From positions 26,835,932-26,899,931 of the forward strand of contig CM119266.1 of assembly GCA_051294375.1 (NCBI GenBank): a DNA stretch of 64,000 nucleotides, given 5' to 3'. Of this stretch, positions 27,601 through 42,464 are shown piece by piece. The notes beneath the pieces are model-generated. The model made no database searches and was not told the DNA's origin. It was given only the letters and a program-made list of their open reading frames with translations. This DNA is from Paraspadella gotoi (lineage: Eukaryota; Animalia; Chaetognatha). How positions within the stretch are numbered: position 1 is the first letter of the stretch; each line of letters begins with the position of its first letter. The translations under genes and the position numbers were made by a program.

Positions 27601-30600
27601 AGTCAACAAAACAAAAAACGTTCGAGATTAAAGTTCACAAGAAGTCGAAAAAGAGAATTTTCCTGACGACTACTATTTTAAGTCGCTCTTTCTCTGGTCT
27701 AATTATGGCAGTTTCATTTCCTTCGATCCTTGGTTTTCCCTAACGCAACATAACACTGGAGCAAACCTTATCTAGCCTCAATCCCCCTTTTCCCAACACT
27801 TATTAAAGTCTAACCCCTATGTCTTCCTGGCCCCGTCCGGCCCACCCACTTTTTCCCCCCTTCTCCCCAACTCTCTCTCAATCTTTTCCTTTCTCTCCCT
27901 TCCCCATCAACTTCTTCCTCTCCAACATCAACCTCCTCCTCTTCCTATCGAGCACCTCCAACTCCTCGTCGATCTCCGTGATCCTCTTCCGACTTTTTTT
28001 ATCGAGATCTTCGAGATTCCCGTCGACGCCGTCGTCTTCGGTCGGCGTCACGTCACCATCGTCGTCGTCCTCGTCGTCTTTCTCCGCCTCGCTCCGCGCC
28101 AACGCTTCCACTTGATGGCGCAGCAGCTTCCGGTAGGATTTGCCCATAAACTTTCCCTCGCGCGCCTCAATCTTCCCGGCGTCAATGGCAGCGGCGATGG
28201 AGGCCGGAGTGAGAACTGGGCGTCGAGAGAATCGGAATTAGAAAAGCACAGTTGTCATTGGGCTAAATTGAACACGATATTACACATTCGCTGACTTATT
28301 AATAACAATAAATAAGACCGGCAGAGGGTAAATTCTATAGTCAAAACTCGGTAAAGAACTTAAAGGTTCAAGGTTAAGGGTAAAGGATTAAATTAAGCCA
28401 TCCACAAAGGCAAAACATGTTATTATCAAAAAATCCGAATGGGCAAAAGGTAAAATTTAGCCGAAACCCTTCGTTTACTCCACCCTCAATCTCCACTCGA
28501 TTGCCGCCAATCTGACCTGGAAATTCTGTGACGGCGTTTTTCTCGCTGATCGTCGCGCCTTTGTCCGTCCACTTGGCCTCTTTCTTGTTTTTGGCATCCC
28601 CGTTTTCGGCCTCCTTTACGTCTTTAGTTGCTTTTGAGTCTTTAGCTTCAGTTTCTTTGGCCTTATTTGGGTCCGTTTTCCCTCCAATCTCGCCGGCCTC
28701 CACCAACTTTTGTACTTGATCTCGCAACAGCTTCGTATACTGTTTGCCCATGAAGTTGCCTGAAAACAATTGGTAATATTGAACATTTAAGATTTTAATA
28801 ACTGGGGTTAAATACTTTTTAAAACTAAAATTATTGTTGACCGACTTTTAATCGTCAGTAACTTTTCTTACACGATCACCGGCCAAAAAAAAAAATAACT
28901 GCTACAACTACCACTGCAGACACATAAACTCCCGCCAAAACTTACCGACCCTTGACTCGAGCCGGCCGTCGGCGATGGCGGCCTCCACATCTTCGTTGGT
29001 CAAAATCGAAAATTCCTTGACGGCGTTTTTGGCGCTGATCGTAGCGCCCTTCTCGTTCCACTTGGCGTCGGAGGACATGACGAGAAAAGGAGAGGGCGTG
29101 TCCGGACTAAAGGAGACGTCGCGAAACTAGAGGACGAATTCGAGGGAAAACTAAAAAAATATAAATTTAATTACGTGTATATTAAAATTTTAAATTAAAA
29201 ATTTTGATAAAAAGAAATCAAATGATTAAAAATGATTAAAAGTCAATTAGTTAAATTAAGCTGATAAATTTATAAACTGGTTCAATCTATTTCCAATTAT
29301 CTTCGACAAAAAAAAGAAATCTCAGTTCAAAATCCAAGGTCGATTAAAAATGCTGCTCCGATGAACGAATGATCCTCTTCTTTCACAGACGAAATTTTTT
29401 CAGGATTGAATAAATAGAAAAAAAAAGAATAACCACGATCGAGGCTCTGACTGTTCACAAAAAATTTAAAAGAAGTCAAAAATTTAAAAGAAGCCTTTTT
29501 TAAGGTGAAGGGAGTATGGTGGACTAAAATCCACCAACCGTTCATCTGCGGCNNNNNNNNNNNNNNNNNNNNNNNNNNNNNNNNNNNNNNNNNNNNNNNN
29601 NNNNNNNNNNNNNNNNNNNNNNNNNNNNNNNNNNNNNNNNNNNNNNNNNNNNNNNNNNNNNNNNNNNNNNNNNNNNNNNNNNNNNNNNNNNNNNNNNNNN
29701 NNNNNNNNNNNNNNNNNNNNNNNNNNNNNNNNNNNNNNNNNNNNNNNNNNNNNNNNNNNNNNNNNNNNNNNNNNNNNNNNNNNNNNNNNNNNNNNNNNNN
29801 NNNNNNNNNNNNNNNNNNNNNNNNNNNNNNNNNNNNNNNNNNNNNNNNNNNNNNNNNNNNNNNNNNNNNNNNNNNNNNNNNNNNNNNNNNNNNNNNNNNN
29901 NNNNNNNNNNNNNNNNNNNNNNNNNNNNNNNNNNNNNNNNNNNNNNNNNNNNNNNNNNNNNNNNNNNNNNNNNNNNNNNNNNNNNNNNNNNNNNNNNNNN
30001 NNNNNNNNNNNNNNNNNNNNNNNNNNNNNNNNNNNNNNNNNNNNNNNNNNNNNNNNNNNNNNNNNNNNNNNNNNNNNNNNNNNNNNNNNNNNNNNNNNNN
30101 NNNNNNNNNNNNNNNNNNNNNNNNNNNNNNNNNNNNNNNNNNNNNNNNNNNNNNNNNNNNNNNNNNNNNNNNNNNNNNNNNNNNNNNNNNNNNNNNNNNN
30201 NNNNNNNNNNNNNNNNNNNNNNNNNNNNNNNNNNNNNNNNNNNNNNNNNNNNNNNNNNNNNNNNNNNNNNNNNNNNNNNNNNNNNNNNNNNNNNNNNNNN
30301 NNNNNNNNNNNNNNNNNNNNNNNNNNNNNNNNNNNNNNNNNNNNNNNNNNNNNNNNNNNNNNNNNNNNNNNNNNNNNNNNNNNNNNNNNNNNNNNNNNNN
30401 NNNNNNNNNNNNNNNNNNNNCTTTTTCTATTCTTCTTGTCTAACTATACCAAATAAATAATATTTTTTATAGTGAAGACGAATCCCCATTAAACCTTTTT
30501 CACCCCTAAATCTTAATGCGTAATGCAATAGTTTTTATTCACTATACTTACTATCATCCGCAGAGATATCGCTCGTTCCAAAATTCTCTTCCTCCCTCGA

Positions 30601-30996
30601 TCTCTCGGACTCACTCGATTCCTCACCTCTCCACCTCCGTCGAATAAACTTACCCTCGAATTTCCCGAACCTTGTTTCTTCCACCCGCCCTTTTCTCTTC
30701 CCAATTTCCCCCTCGTTTCCATGCCGACGGCCTCAGTGTTGCCATGGCATAAGAATTACGAAGGCGGTGCCTTTTTAAACATCACAGTGCGTAAGTATCA
30801 TCTCCAATTTTTTTTTTACCCCACTCACTCAAGCAAGAAAGTAAACAAAGGACACCAGACCAGAATGTCGAGCTTTAATCGCAAGTTAATCTTGAGCATG
30901 AGAATCGTGCCGTAATTCGTGGACTAGTCGGTTTTAATTTGTATCGAGATGTTAAATATTATTTGAATAATCTTTTCCTGTCTCTTAATAGTATAT

Positions 30997-31055
<59 letters not shown>

Positions 31056-31637
31056 TTCATGCCTAGTTAGTTAAATATTAATAAATGATTGAGACCTTAA
31101 AACTATAAACATGAAATGCCTTTCGCTTAGACTATCGAACCGCGCATTTCGCTTGAATCATTCCGAAATTAGCAAATATCTCATGTCATGGCTTTGAAAT
31201 AAAAATCGTAATAGTAAATAACGAATTCTATTCCCCTAGAAATGATATTTAGTGTGTTTATAAATGTTGTTTCCTTCATACCCTGCGAAAGAAAGATTTC
31301 TAGATTTGTTTTTACTATTTCGGTAGAATTTGAGCATTTTAATGTTTGCATTTTTCACGTAGTAGACAATAGTGAAAATATTCTTCATTTAGGTTTAGCA
31401 CAAGTTTATATCGAAATAGTCAATACATACCGGAACACTCAACTCTAAATGTTATGAAATAATTGATTAAGATAAAATCACTTCCATCGCGAGTTTGAAA
31501 TTTTATAAGATGTGGAAATTCTAAAGATACGTTGGGTGTCAGATTGCAAACTGCTATTTGAATAAGTCTTTTATTATTTTCTATTTAATTTTTGTTACCT
31601 TTTAAATTAGTCGTGACTATTTTTTGAATTTCCGCGT

Positions 31638-31694
<57 letters not shown>

Positions 31695-34600
31695 CTCTGT
31701 CTGTTGTCTGTTCGCTCGCTCTCTATCGACTTCAATATAAACCTATTTATTAATTTGCTCGTTGTCCTGTCATGTGCTCATTGTAATAATTTAAACGTTT
31801 AAACTTCGTGATTTGTAACAAGACCGTCCTTTCCTGTCAATTTAAACCATGTTGTAAATAGCCCCTCCTATGATACTATAATTTCCTTTTATAATATATT
31901 ATTATTAGGTATCCAGCGGCGTAAATACGGTGCCTTGAATATCTTCGTGTTAGGAATTAATTATACGTAGTAGTGACGTCACGGTTTTCGTCGTTTTTAT
32001 TTTTTTAAATTTTTAGTAATATTTTAAATTTTACAAGTAAAAGTCTTCATTTAAATTTTTTTTAGTATCCATTCATATTTGCTCATTCTTTGGTTATGGG
32101 AAATAAATAAACGTCATTTATTAATCGGTGTTTATGAAAACTAAATAGAGGGCGTAGGTATTGTAGAAACGATGCTACGAGATTTACCCCCCCCCACAAA
32201 AAAATTAAAAAAAGGAGCCATCTACTCCGAGTAAAAGAATATCTCTTTTTTTCTGCATGAATTTCCGAAGAATTTTTTTTTCTTAGTACAGGATGTCGTG
32301 ATATTACGTGCCAAAAGTACTTGTCGCGCACGCGTGTGTGCGAACACGTTCCTCTTGTTCCCAGGACACGCGCACCAAGAAAGAAAGGGAGAAAAAAATC
32401 CGAACTTTTTTCCTTTTTCGCCCTTCTCACTCTCTCTCACGATCCCGGATAAGAATGATACTAGAATCTCTTTCTCTCTCCCTCTCTTTCTCTCTCTCTC
32501 TCTCTCNNNNNNNNNNNNNNNNNNNNNNNNNTCATCTCTTCTCCTCTCGTCTCTCTCTCTTCTCTCTCTTCGCGTCCTCTCTCTTTTCTCTCTCGACTCT
32601 CCCCTCATCTTTCTCGCTCTCTTTTCGCTCCATCCTTTGATCCTCGTTCTCTGCTTGAATCTCTCATCTCACCACCTAACTGCACTCACCTCTTTCTCTC
32701 TCTTGCGCTCTCTCGTCTCTTCTCCTCGCACATCTTCTTCTCTCGTTCCCTAGCGATACCCTCTGGCTTCTCCTCGTCTCTTCTCCCGACGCCCTACTTT
32801 CATTTCTTCTCTCGCTCATCTTTCCCCTCACTACTCACAAATATACGACTTCACGCCCTTTCCCCCAACCTCCTCAACACTCGGATGAAAATACACAATA
32901 TGAGACCCGACGGACATCTCGCGTCTTCACGCACACATCCAAACGCTGTCGTTCTCCTCTTCTCCCCCCCTTAAAAAACGAAGAGCGTAGAGGACAACGC
33001 AGTACCATACGGGGGCGCTCTCTCTGTTCCTCTATCTCTCTCCTGATCTCTCTCTCGCTCTCCTCTCTCTCCTATCTTCTTCTCCTCGTTCTCTTTTTTT
33101 TTTTCTCTCTCTTTTTTTATCTCTCTCACTCTCTCCACCCGAAAAGTCGATGGGAACTTATTATAGGATGACAATACAATTTTCCTTTTTTCGCAACATA
33201 GGTCTTCAAAAAAATAAGGATTTTATACACGTATGACGGAATTTGGGTATGTCGTTTTACCAGTTTATAAAGTTATATTTTCTAAGCAATAAAACCTGTT
33301 TAAAAAAACTTTTAAAAAGACATTCAATTATATTCATGAACAACAATACTATTGGAAAAAACTCTCAAAGTTAATAATTAATCTTTTAAAAAAGTTTTTC
33401 CTAATCTTTTCTCCTCCTCGCTTTTTACTCTGCATTTAGATATTGAGTGTAATAAAAAAACTGAAACGAGATTCAAAAAACTTTAAAACCCTTTTTAGCA
33501 GCGGTTGTCTCTACTCTTACTTCCTTCCCAACATTAATTCGTGATCGGGGGAACTAGCAATCGGATTGACATCGATTAACCTACTAGAGGAGAATAAGTA
33601 GCACTTCCCTTTTTTTTAACTCAAACATTTTGGCCTCTAATTTTTTTATTCTTTCTTCTTCCAATCCCACTTTTATCTCTCTTTTCCGCCACTCTTCTTT
33701 CCATCTTTTCATCGTTTTTTCCCCCTTTTTTCTTTCCCTTTCTTTTCTTTTTCTCTTCCTTTTTTTTCTTTCTCCACTTTATTTCGGTTTCTTATTTCTT
33801 TTCCATCAAGCTTTTTTTTGTTTTTTTCTCTTCTGTTCGATTCATTTTTCTATTTTATTGTCCCTTTCTTGTTGATCCTAATATCGTTTCTTCTTTTTGT
33901 TTTTCTCTTTTTTTTTTCTTTTTTTGTTTTTTATTTCTTTTTTTAGTTTCCTTTCCACCCATTATCCTTTTTTTTTTGCTTTTTTTCTGTCCTCCTCGGA
34001 ACCCGCAACAGGCCTTAATTGCGTCGGCCACCCCCCCACCCCCCTTGTATTTCTGCTCGGTATTTTTTTGTGTTTCTTTTTTGTATTTTATTTTCTACCC
34101 TTATTATTTTTTTTTCTTATTCTTATTTTCTTTTTGTCCTTGTTTCTCCGTCTGCTTCCTTTCCCCTCACCCTCTCGTACCCCTAATCCTTTTTCCCTTC
34201 TTTTTTTTTCCCTTCCCTCTCCCCCTACTTTTCCCCCCCCTCTCTCTCCTCCTTTACCCTCCTTTTTTTTCTATTCGCCTTTTTCTTCCTCGGCACCGGT
34301 CTTCCCCCTTCCCTTCCTCTTTCCCCTCTTATCCTCCTATTTTGTTATCTTTTTTCCTTTTTCTCGTTCCTTTTCTCCTCCTCTTTTTCTTATTTCTCCT
34401 CGTTCCTTTTGTTTTTCCTTTTCACTCTCCTCTTCTCCCTCTCTACATCACAATATCACGACTTCACGCCTTTCCCCCCACCTCCTCACTCGGATGAAAA
34501 TCACAATATGAGACCCGACGACATCTCGTCTTCACGCACAACATCACCTGTCGTCTCCCCTTAAAACGAAGAAAAGCNNNNNNNNNNNNNNNNNNNNNNN

Positions 34601-37425
34601 NNNNNNNNNNNNNNNNNNNNNNNNNNNNNNNNNNNNNNNNNNNNNNNNNNNNNNNNNNNNNNNNNNNNNNNNNNNNNNNNNNNNNNNNNNNNNNNNNNNN
34701 NNNNNNNNNNNNNNNNNNNNNNNNNNNNNNNNNNNNNNNNNNNNNNNNNNNNNNNNNNNNNNTTTTTCTCTCTCTCTCTCCACCCGAAAAGTCGATGGGA
34801 ACTTAATATAGGAATGAAAAATACAATTTTCTTTTTCGCAACATAGGTCGTTCAAAAAAATAAGATTTTATACACGTATGACGGAATTTGGGTATGTCGT
34901 TTTACCAGTTTTATAAGTTTATATTTTCTAAGCCAATAAAACCTGTTTAAAAAAACTTTTAAAAAGACATTCAATTATATTCATGAACAACAATACTATT
35001 GGAAAACTTCAAAAGTTAATAATTAATCTTTTTAAAAAAAGTTTTTCCTAATCTTTTTCTTTTGCCTCCTCGCTTTTTTAACTCTGCATTCTAGATATTG
35101 AGTGTAATAAAAAAAATGAAACGAGATTCAAAAAAAAATTTAAAACCCTTTTTAGCCAGCGTTGTCTCTACTCTTACTTCCTTCCCCAACATTAATTCGT
35201 GATGCGGAACTTGCAATGATTTGACATCGATTAACCGTACTAGAGACGATAGTAGACTTCCCTTTTTTTTAACTCAACATTTTGGCCTCTAATTTTTTTA
35301 TTCTTTCCTTCTTCCATCCCAACTTTTATCTTCTCTTTTCCGCCAACTCTTTCTTTCCATCTTTCTTTCTTTTTTTTCCCCCTTTTTTCTTCGCCCAACT
35401 TGAAGTAGGACCCGAATTGGTGGNNNNNNNNNNNNNNNNNNNNNNNNNGAGAGGGAGAAGAGGAGAGTGAAAAGGAAAAACAAAAGGAACGAGGAGAAAT
35501 AAGAAAAAGAGGAGGAGAAAAGGAACGAGAAAAAGGAAAAAAGATAACAAAATAGGAGGATAAGAGGGGAAAGAGGAAGGGAAGGGGGAAGACCGGTGCC
35601 GAGGAAGAAAAAGGCGAATAGAAAAAAAAGGAGGGTAAAGGAGGAGAGAGAGGGGGGGGAAAAGTAGGGGGAGAGGGAAGGGAAAAAAAAAGAAGGGAAA
35701 AAGGATTAGGGGTACGAGAGGGTGAGGGGAAAGGAAGCAGACGGAGAAACAAGGACAAAAAGAAAATAAGAATAAGAAAAAAAAATAATAAGGGTAGAAA
35801 ATAAAATACAAAAAAGAAACACAAAAAAATACCGAGCAGAAATACAAGGGGGGTGGGGGGGTGGCCGACGCAATTAAGGCCTGTTGCGGGTTCCGAGGAG
35901 GACAGAAAAAAAGCAAAAAAAAAAGGATAATGGGTGGAAAGGAAACTAAAAAAAGAAATAAAAAACAAAAAAAGAAAAAAAAAAGAGAAAAACAAAAAGA
36001 AGAAACGATATTAGGATCAACAAGAAAGGGACAATAAAATAGAAAAATGAATCGAACAGAAGAGAAAAAAACAAAAAAAAGCTTGATGGAAAAGAAATAA
36101 GAAACCGAAATAAAGTGGAGAAAGAAAAAAAAGGAAGAGAAAAAGAAAAGAAAGGGAGTCGGCGCCGTCGTCGGCTTCGTCGTTCTCGTCATCCTCCTCG
36201 TCATCCTCATCGTCTCCGTCATCGCCTGTTGCTTGTGTCGTTCCCGTTTCTCTCCGCACGATGACAGGTGAGTCTCCATTCGATTCTCCTCTTACGCCTG
36301 TATCACTGTGTTACAGCCTGATCCCAAGCTCAGGGACTGCTTATATTGAACGGTTCTATCACTATCTCTTAACCATTATTTTTGTCTCTGCAATTCCTTT
36401 CATTCGTTTGTTAATTCGTTCGTGAATTAATTAAGTTATTACTTTATTCAATTATCCCTTGTACTCCATCCGCACATTCTTTCCCTTAATTCCATTCATT
36501 CAATAGTTCTCCCTCTTCAGTAAGCAAACCAACTCTTCGAACGCAAGAAGGGATATTTTTGCGATCGATTCTTTTGATTCGTCGTTTTTGTTCTTCCTCG
36601 CTTTCCCTTCAATCTCCTCTTCGCCTCCGTCCCGCCTCTACACCCCAGTCATTCATACCCATCCCCCCATTTCCATCTAATTACCTCCCCCCCAATTCGC
36701 TCCTCCTTCCTCCACCCACAAATCCCTTTCCCATCCCGCGATCCCCGCTTTCTCTCTCCCCAGGTACGAAGACAGTCCCGGCTTGGGCTTCGGCTACGGA
36801 GGGGAACGCCTCTTCGGCGTCCTCCAAGGAACGGCGCCCGTCGCCGGAGGCGCCGAGTTGCCCAAGACGACGACGACGGCGACCGCGCCCCCTCACGTAG
36901 TGACCAACGACGCCGGTAACTGTGGTGATGCTTTGGTTGTATTTTTGAGCGTTCACTTGAAAATGTAAATGGGTGGATTCGAACGCGAGACCTTCCTCGT
37001 CTCGAGAAGAAACCGCGATCGCCGAACCGCGGCCGGAGTTAACGACGCGTGGCCACGCCCCCTTTGTCATCGTCGTCGTCGACGTCGCGTGCGAAGACGA
37101 GAAGAATATCGCAGTCGCTGTATTGACTAATTACTAATAATCGCTGTTTAGTAAAGGAAAAGTAAATAAAAAAAGGCCACTATATATATTTTTCCGCAAT
37201 ATTTAATTAAGGGGAAAAGATTAATTTCGTGAGACGCGGAGAAAAAAATGCGGAAAAGGGAAGCGTCTGAATTATGAAAATCCAGTTAATGGCGCATGAA
37301 AAGCAACGTTAATGGGTCCGTTGGTCCCGTCATTTGTTCCGCGACCAGACTCGGACGTTGATGCTAATTTCCTGTTGGTTGCTGGTTTTTGCCGCAAAAT
37401 GAAAGTTGCTGCGCCTCATTCCCTT

Positions 37426-37476
<51 letters not shown>

Positions 37477-37641
37477 AACTCTCTCTCTCTCTCTCTCTCT
37501 CCTCCTCTCTCTCTCCTCTCTCTCTCTCTTCGCATCATCTTTCTTGAACAACGTTCATGCACTTCACTTTTTTATGCGCTTGCTGGGTGATCGTCTTATG
37601 ACTTATGTCCTACTCGACCCTCTTCTCTCTCCTCTCTCTCT

Positions 37642-37689
<48 letters not shown>

Positions 37690-39289
37690 CACAGTACCTG
37701 ACCTAAAATCGATCTGCTTAAGACCTGAGCAACAACAAAAACACAATTTGTTCACCGCGATTTTCTTCGTTCGTATTGTCTGTCTTATTGAGACTTATTC
37801 AGACACAGATAGTCGTCTCATTTCTCCTGGCTTTCTCCCCAAGGAGTTTTCTCTCACAACCTTTTTTTACTCATCGCCGGTGTTAACCTCTAACCATTAT
37901 TCTTCCTTCCCCCCCCNNNNNNNNNNNNNNNNNNNNNNNNNCCACCAATTCGGGTCCTACTTCAAGTTGGGCGTCGGCGCCGTCGGTCGGCTTCTCGTCT
38001 CGTCATCCTGCCTCACATCCCACTCGATCTCCGTCATCGCCTGTTAGCTTTGATCGCCTCCCCGTTTCTCTCCGCACGATGACAAGGCGAGTCTCCATTC
38101 GATTCTCCTCTTACGCCTGTATCTCGGTGTGTTACAGCCTGCATTCCCAAGCTCATGGACCTGGCTTATATTGAACGTTCTATCACTATCTTCTTAACCA
38201 TTATTTTTTGTCTCTGCAATCCTTTCAAATTCGTTTGTTAATTCGTTCGCTGAATTAATTAAGTTATTACTTATTCAATTATCCCTTGTACTCCATCCGC
38301 ACATTCTTTCCCCTTAAATTCTATTCATTCAATAGTTCTCCTCTTCATAAGCAAACCAACTCTTTCGAAACGCAAGAAGGGATTATTTTTGCCGATCGAT
38401 TCTTTTGCATTCGTCCCGTATTTTAGCTCCTCTTCCTCGCTTACCTTCAATCTCCTCTCTCGCCTCTGCGTCCCGCCTTCTTACACCCAGTTCATTCATA
38501 CCCACCCTTCATTTCCATCTAATTACCCCCCCCATTCCCCTCCTTCCTCCACCCCACAAAATTCCTTTCCCAATCCCGCCGATCCCGCCTTTCTCTCTCC
38601 GCCAGGTACGAAGACCAGTCCCGGAACTGGGCTTCGGGCTACGGATGGAACGCCTCTCGGCGTCCTCCAAGGAAACGGCGCCACCCGCTCGGCCGGCAGG
38701 CGCCGAGTTGCCCAAGACGCACGACGACGGCTCGACCGCGTCCCCCCCCACGTAGTGACCAACGACGCCCGGTAACTGTGGTGCATGCCATTTACGGTTT
38801 GTATGTTGAGCGCTTTCACTTTGAAAATTGTAAATGCGCGTGGATCGAACGCGAGACCTCCTCGTTCGAGAAGAAACGCGATCGCGAACCGCGCGATCTG
38901 AGTTAACGCACCGTGCCACGCCCCTTTGTCATCTCGCGCGACGTCGCGTGACGAAGACGAAAGAATATGCAGTCGCATGTATTGACTAATTTACTAATAA
39001 TCGCTGTTTAGTAAGGAAAATATGTAAATAAAAAAGGCCACATATAAATAATATTTTCCGCATATTTAATTTAAGGGAAAAAGATTAATTTCGTGGAGAC
39101 GCGGAGAAAAAAAGCGGAAAAGGGAACGCCTTGAATTATGAAAACCAGTTAATGGCGCATAAAAGCAACGTAATGGTCGTTGGTCCGTATTGTTCCGCGA
39201 CCAGACTCGGACGTTGATGCTAATTCCTGGGTGTTGCCTGGTTTTTGCCCGCAAATTTGAAAATTGCTGCCCCTCATCCTCTTCTATTT

Positions 39290-39335
<46 letters not shown>

Positions 39336-39341
39336 AACTCT

Positions 39342-39386
<45 letters not shown>

Positions 39387-39499
39387 TCGTTTGAACAACG
39401 TTCATCACTTTTTTTTTTATTGCGCTTTGTCTGGGTGATTCGTCTTATGACGTTATGTCCTATACGACTCTCGTCTCTTCCTCTCCTCTCTCTCTCTTC

Positions 39500-39544
<45 letters not shown>

Positions 39545-41069
39545 CCCACAAGTACCTGAACCTAAAAATCATCAGCTTAAGACCTGAGCAACAACAAAAA
39601 CCAATTTGTTCACCGCGATTTTCTTGTTTCTCGTCCTCAAGACCGTATCTTCCCCAACGACTTCGTTAAGTGAGTAGTGTTTGCCGGACTGCAGCTTGAG
39701 TGTTCGCCCAGCACCGTAAAAGTTCTAGTTTCTTGTTCTCTTTGTTTACTTTCGTTCGTATAGTCTGTCTTATTCAACTTATTCAGACACAGATAAGTCG
39801 TCTCATTTCTCCTGGCTTTCTCCCCAAGGAGTTTTCTCTCACAACCTTTTTACTATCATCGCCGGTGTTAACCTCTAACCATTATTCTTCCTTCCCCCCC
39901 CTCTCTCTCTCTCTCTCTCTCTGCCCTACGCGATCGTGTTTACGATTGGCATAAAGAAAGTCTTTAAGACGCCGGCGTCCTCCCCCAGCTCACCGCTGAC
40001 GATGATCTGTCGAGAAAAGGTGAAGATGCCCGCAATTTGTGACTTGGCAGGCTGTGAGTTCACGGCTTATTATTCGCCCGTCTCGTTCTCAGTTCCTGTT
40101 ACTAAATATAGAAACATTAACTCTCTAGTTGTTGAACGTACAGTCGTACACCTTGAACGAATGGCCGTTCTTAATATTCGGTCCAACTGATTACCCGACG
40201 TCTGGAAATAAAAGCACTGTCAGACAACGAAATAAAGGCCTGTTGTTTAGAAGGTTCTTTATCCCGCGCTTCGCCGAATCCACATTCGATTCCAAAAACT
40301 TTTGGCTAATCCTTTTGGCAAAAAGGCCAAAAAAGCCTATAAATCTTTCCACATTTTATAGATATCATCACTTGTTCGCGATCTGAGAGGGACAGGGCCA
40401 CGAACGCGGTTCGGTTCACTAATCTGCGTAGCAGTCGGAACGCGAGGTTTTTTTTTCTTTGCTTACAACATTTAACATTCAGATTCTTTGCTAGAGCCTA
40501 TGCTGGAAAAAGGAAAATGATTTGGCGTTTACCTCGACAATAATAATGATATCGTTCGGATTATATATGACGCCATTCTACGATAATGTTTATAACTGTT
40601 TTCCAATCCACATTCTTCTCAATTCTCAACAGGCTCCGCTCTGGTGTCCGCCTATCAGCCGATTCCCGGAGCCTCTGCACCGCATCCACCGTTTCACGCA
40701 GCGACGGCGCCGCATCCCAATGAGGCGCCGCCGGCGTATCCAAGCGCCGCGGGTAAGTCAGTCACGCGGTTGGAAAATTCCCGAAAAGAGGTGAATTTTT
40801 GTTTCCCGATATAATAGAGGAAAAAAGCGACTTGTATCCATCTAGTGTTTTTTGGTCGTCCTGTTTAATTCATTGTCTGTCTCGATGTACAGTGAAAACC
40901 GAGTAACTTAAAATGAAATATTTCATTTAAATATGTAAATTTAAAAATGTAAATTTAAAAATGTAATCAGGTGTTCGCTGTAACCAAAAAACTAAAAAAG
41001 TAAAAAAAGTGCGACGCGAACTGTGTAGGATTTTTTGCATGAAATTTTCTGTTTGACACTTTTTTTGTA

Positions 41070-41113
<44 letters not shown>

Positions 41114-42150
41114 GTCTTTCTATTCTTTAATCGGGTTTAATCGTAGTGATTCCCGCCGGATACATCTTCATTTCCTCGTCTAAATCGACCCGATGATAAC
41201 TTGATTAACGGTACAATACTTCTAAACCGAATAACGCAATAATTCCTATTTTTATTGACTCTCCATATTTTCTAATTTGGCTTCAGTGGGCAATAAAAAC
41301 TGCACAGCGCTAGAGACAGAGAAATATTTTGCACTATTACTTAAAAACAAATGATTGTGAGGATTAGTGCACTCACCTTTAAAAGGCTTTACTGCTTTTT
41401 TCTTTGTTTTCAAATTAACTTATTAATGTATTCATTAACTAATAACAAGGCGCGAAATTTTTTTTTCCTATATCGAAAATAACGATAGATTTTACTTGAG
41501 AATCAAGTTGATTATAAAAGATAATATTACATGCTTTCAGTCTATGTCATGACGCATGCCATAGACAATAGACATTTCTAAAGTTCAGAAGTTGTACCGA
41601 TGTCGCGAATCTCTCACTTATTCGTCTAGCAAGACTAAAGGTAACTAACTAAATAACATTTTTCAACAAAAACAATCCGCATATAATTACCGATGGACAG
41701 TAAAAACAACTTTCAATCGCAAAAAAGAAAAACTGTGAAGCGCTAATCACCCTTTGCTGACCGCGAAAGATTCTCCAGAATCGGACGACGCCGACGAGGA
41801 AGAAGATGACGACGACGACGACGACGACGACTTTTTCTCTTTGGGCGAATCCCAACTCACAGACTTCGGTTTCGCTTCCCTTCTGTTTCCTTCTCCGTTT
41901 TTCGGCGTCGACGCCAGGAGCGGCGCGGATCTAGAGAGCCTGCCGGTAGAATCCAAGCGACGCCTTCGTTGGGCGTCCTCGTCGTCGTCGCGATCCTCGT
42001 CTTCTTGTCTAGACGTCCTCGATGAAGTCGTCGAGAGCGTCGTCGATGGGATGAAGATGATCTTCTCCACTTCTTCCACATCCGCGTCCACGTTCATGAT
42101 CTTGAGATCGTTGTGAGCCTTGAGCAGAGAGGACAATTAACAGTCCGAGC

Positions 42151-42199
<49 letters not shown>

Positions 42200-42379
42200 A
42201 TCCGAGGCTAAACAAATGAAAAAATTTTATAAATGACGCGTGAAAAAAAAGAGTTCGGACTTTGATCGCTAGAAAGCGCGGGACGTTGATGTCCATTTGA
42301 AGGCCGTCGGACGTCTGCCCAGATGCAAGTTGGTCACTGCTTTTCTCCTTCTATTATCTCGCTCAGTTAAAAATTTCTC

Positions 42380-42464
<85 letters not shown>

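Noticed and set aside
29505-30443. 312-aa ORF and other X-containing ORFs
   Set aside because: They run through N gaps.
32790-39900. Duplicated and inverted TM/tail exons suggesting exon shuffling or an inversion switch
   Set aside because: Three 25-N gaps and one 185-N gap, an equal-length inverted copy, the TM exon start displaced in reverse to 35392-35423, and an indel-riddled second copy all point to chimeric reads or misassembly.
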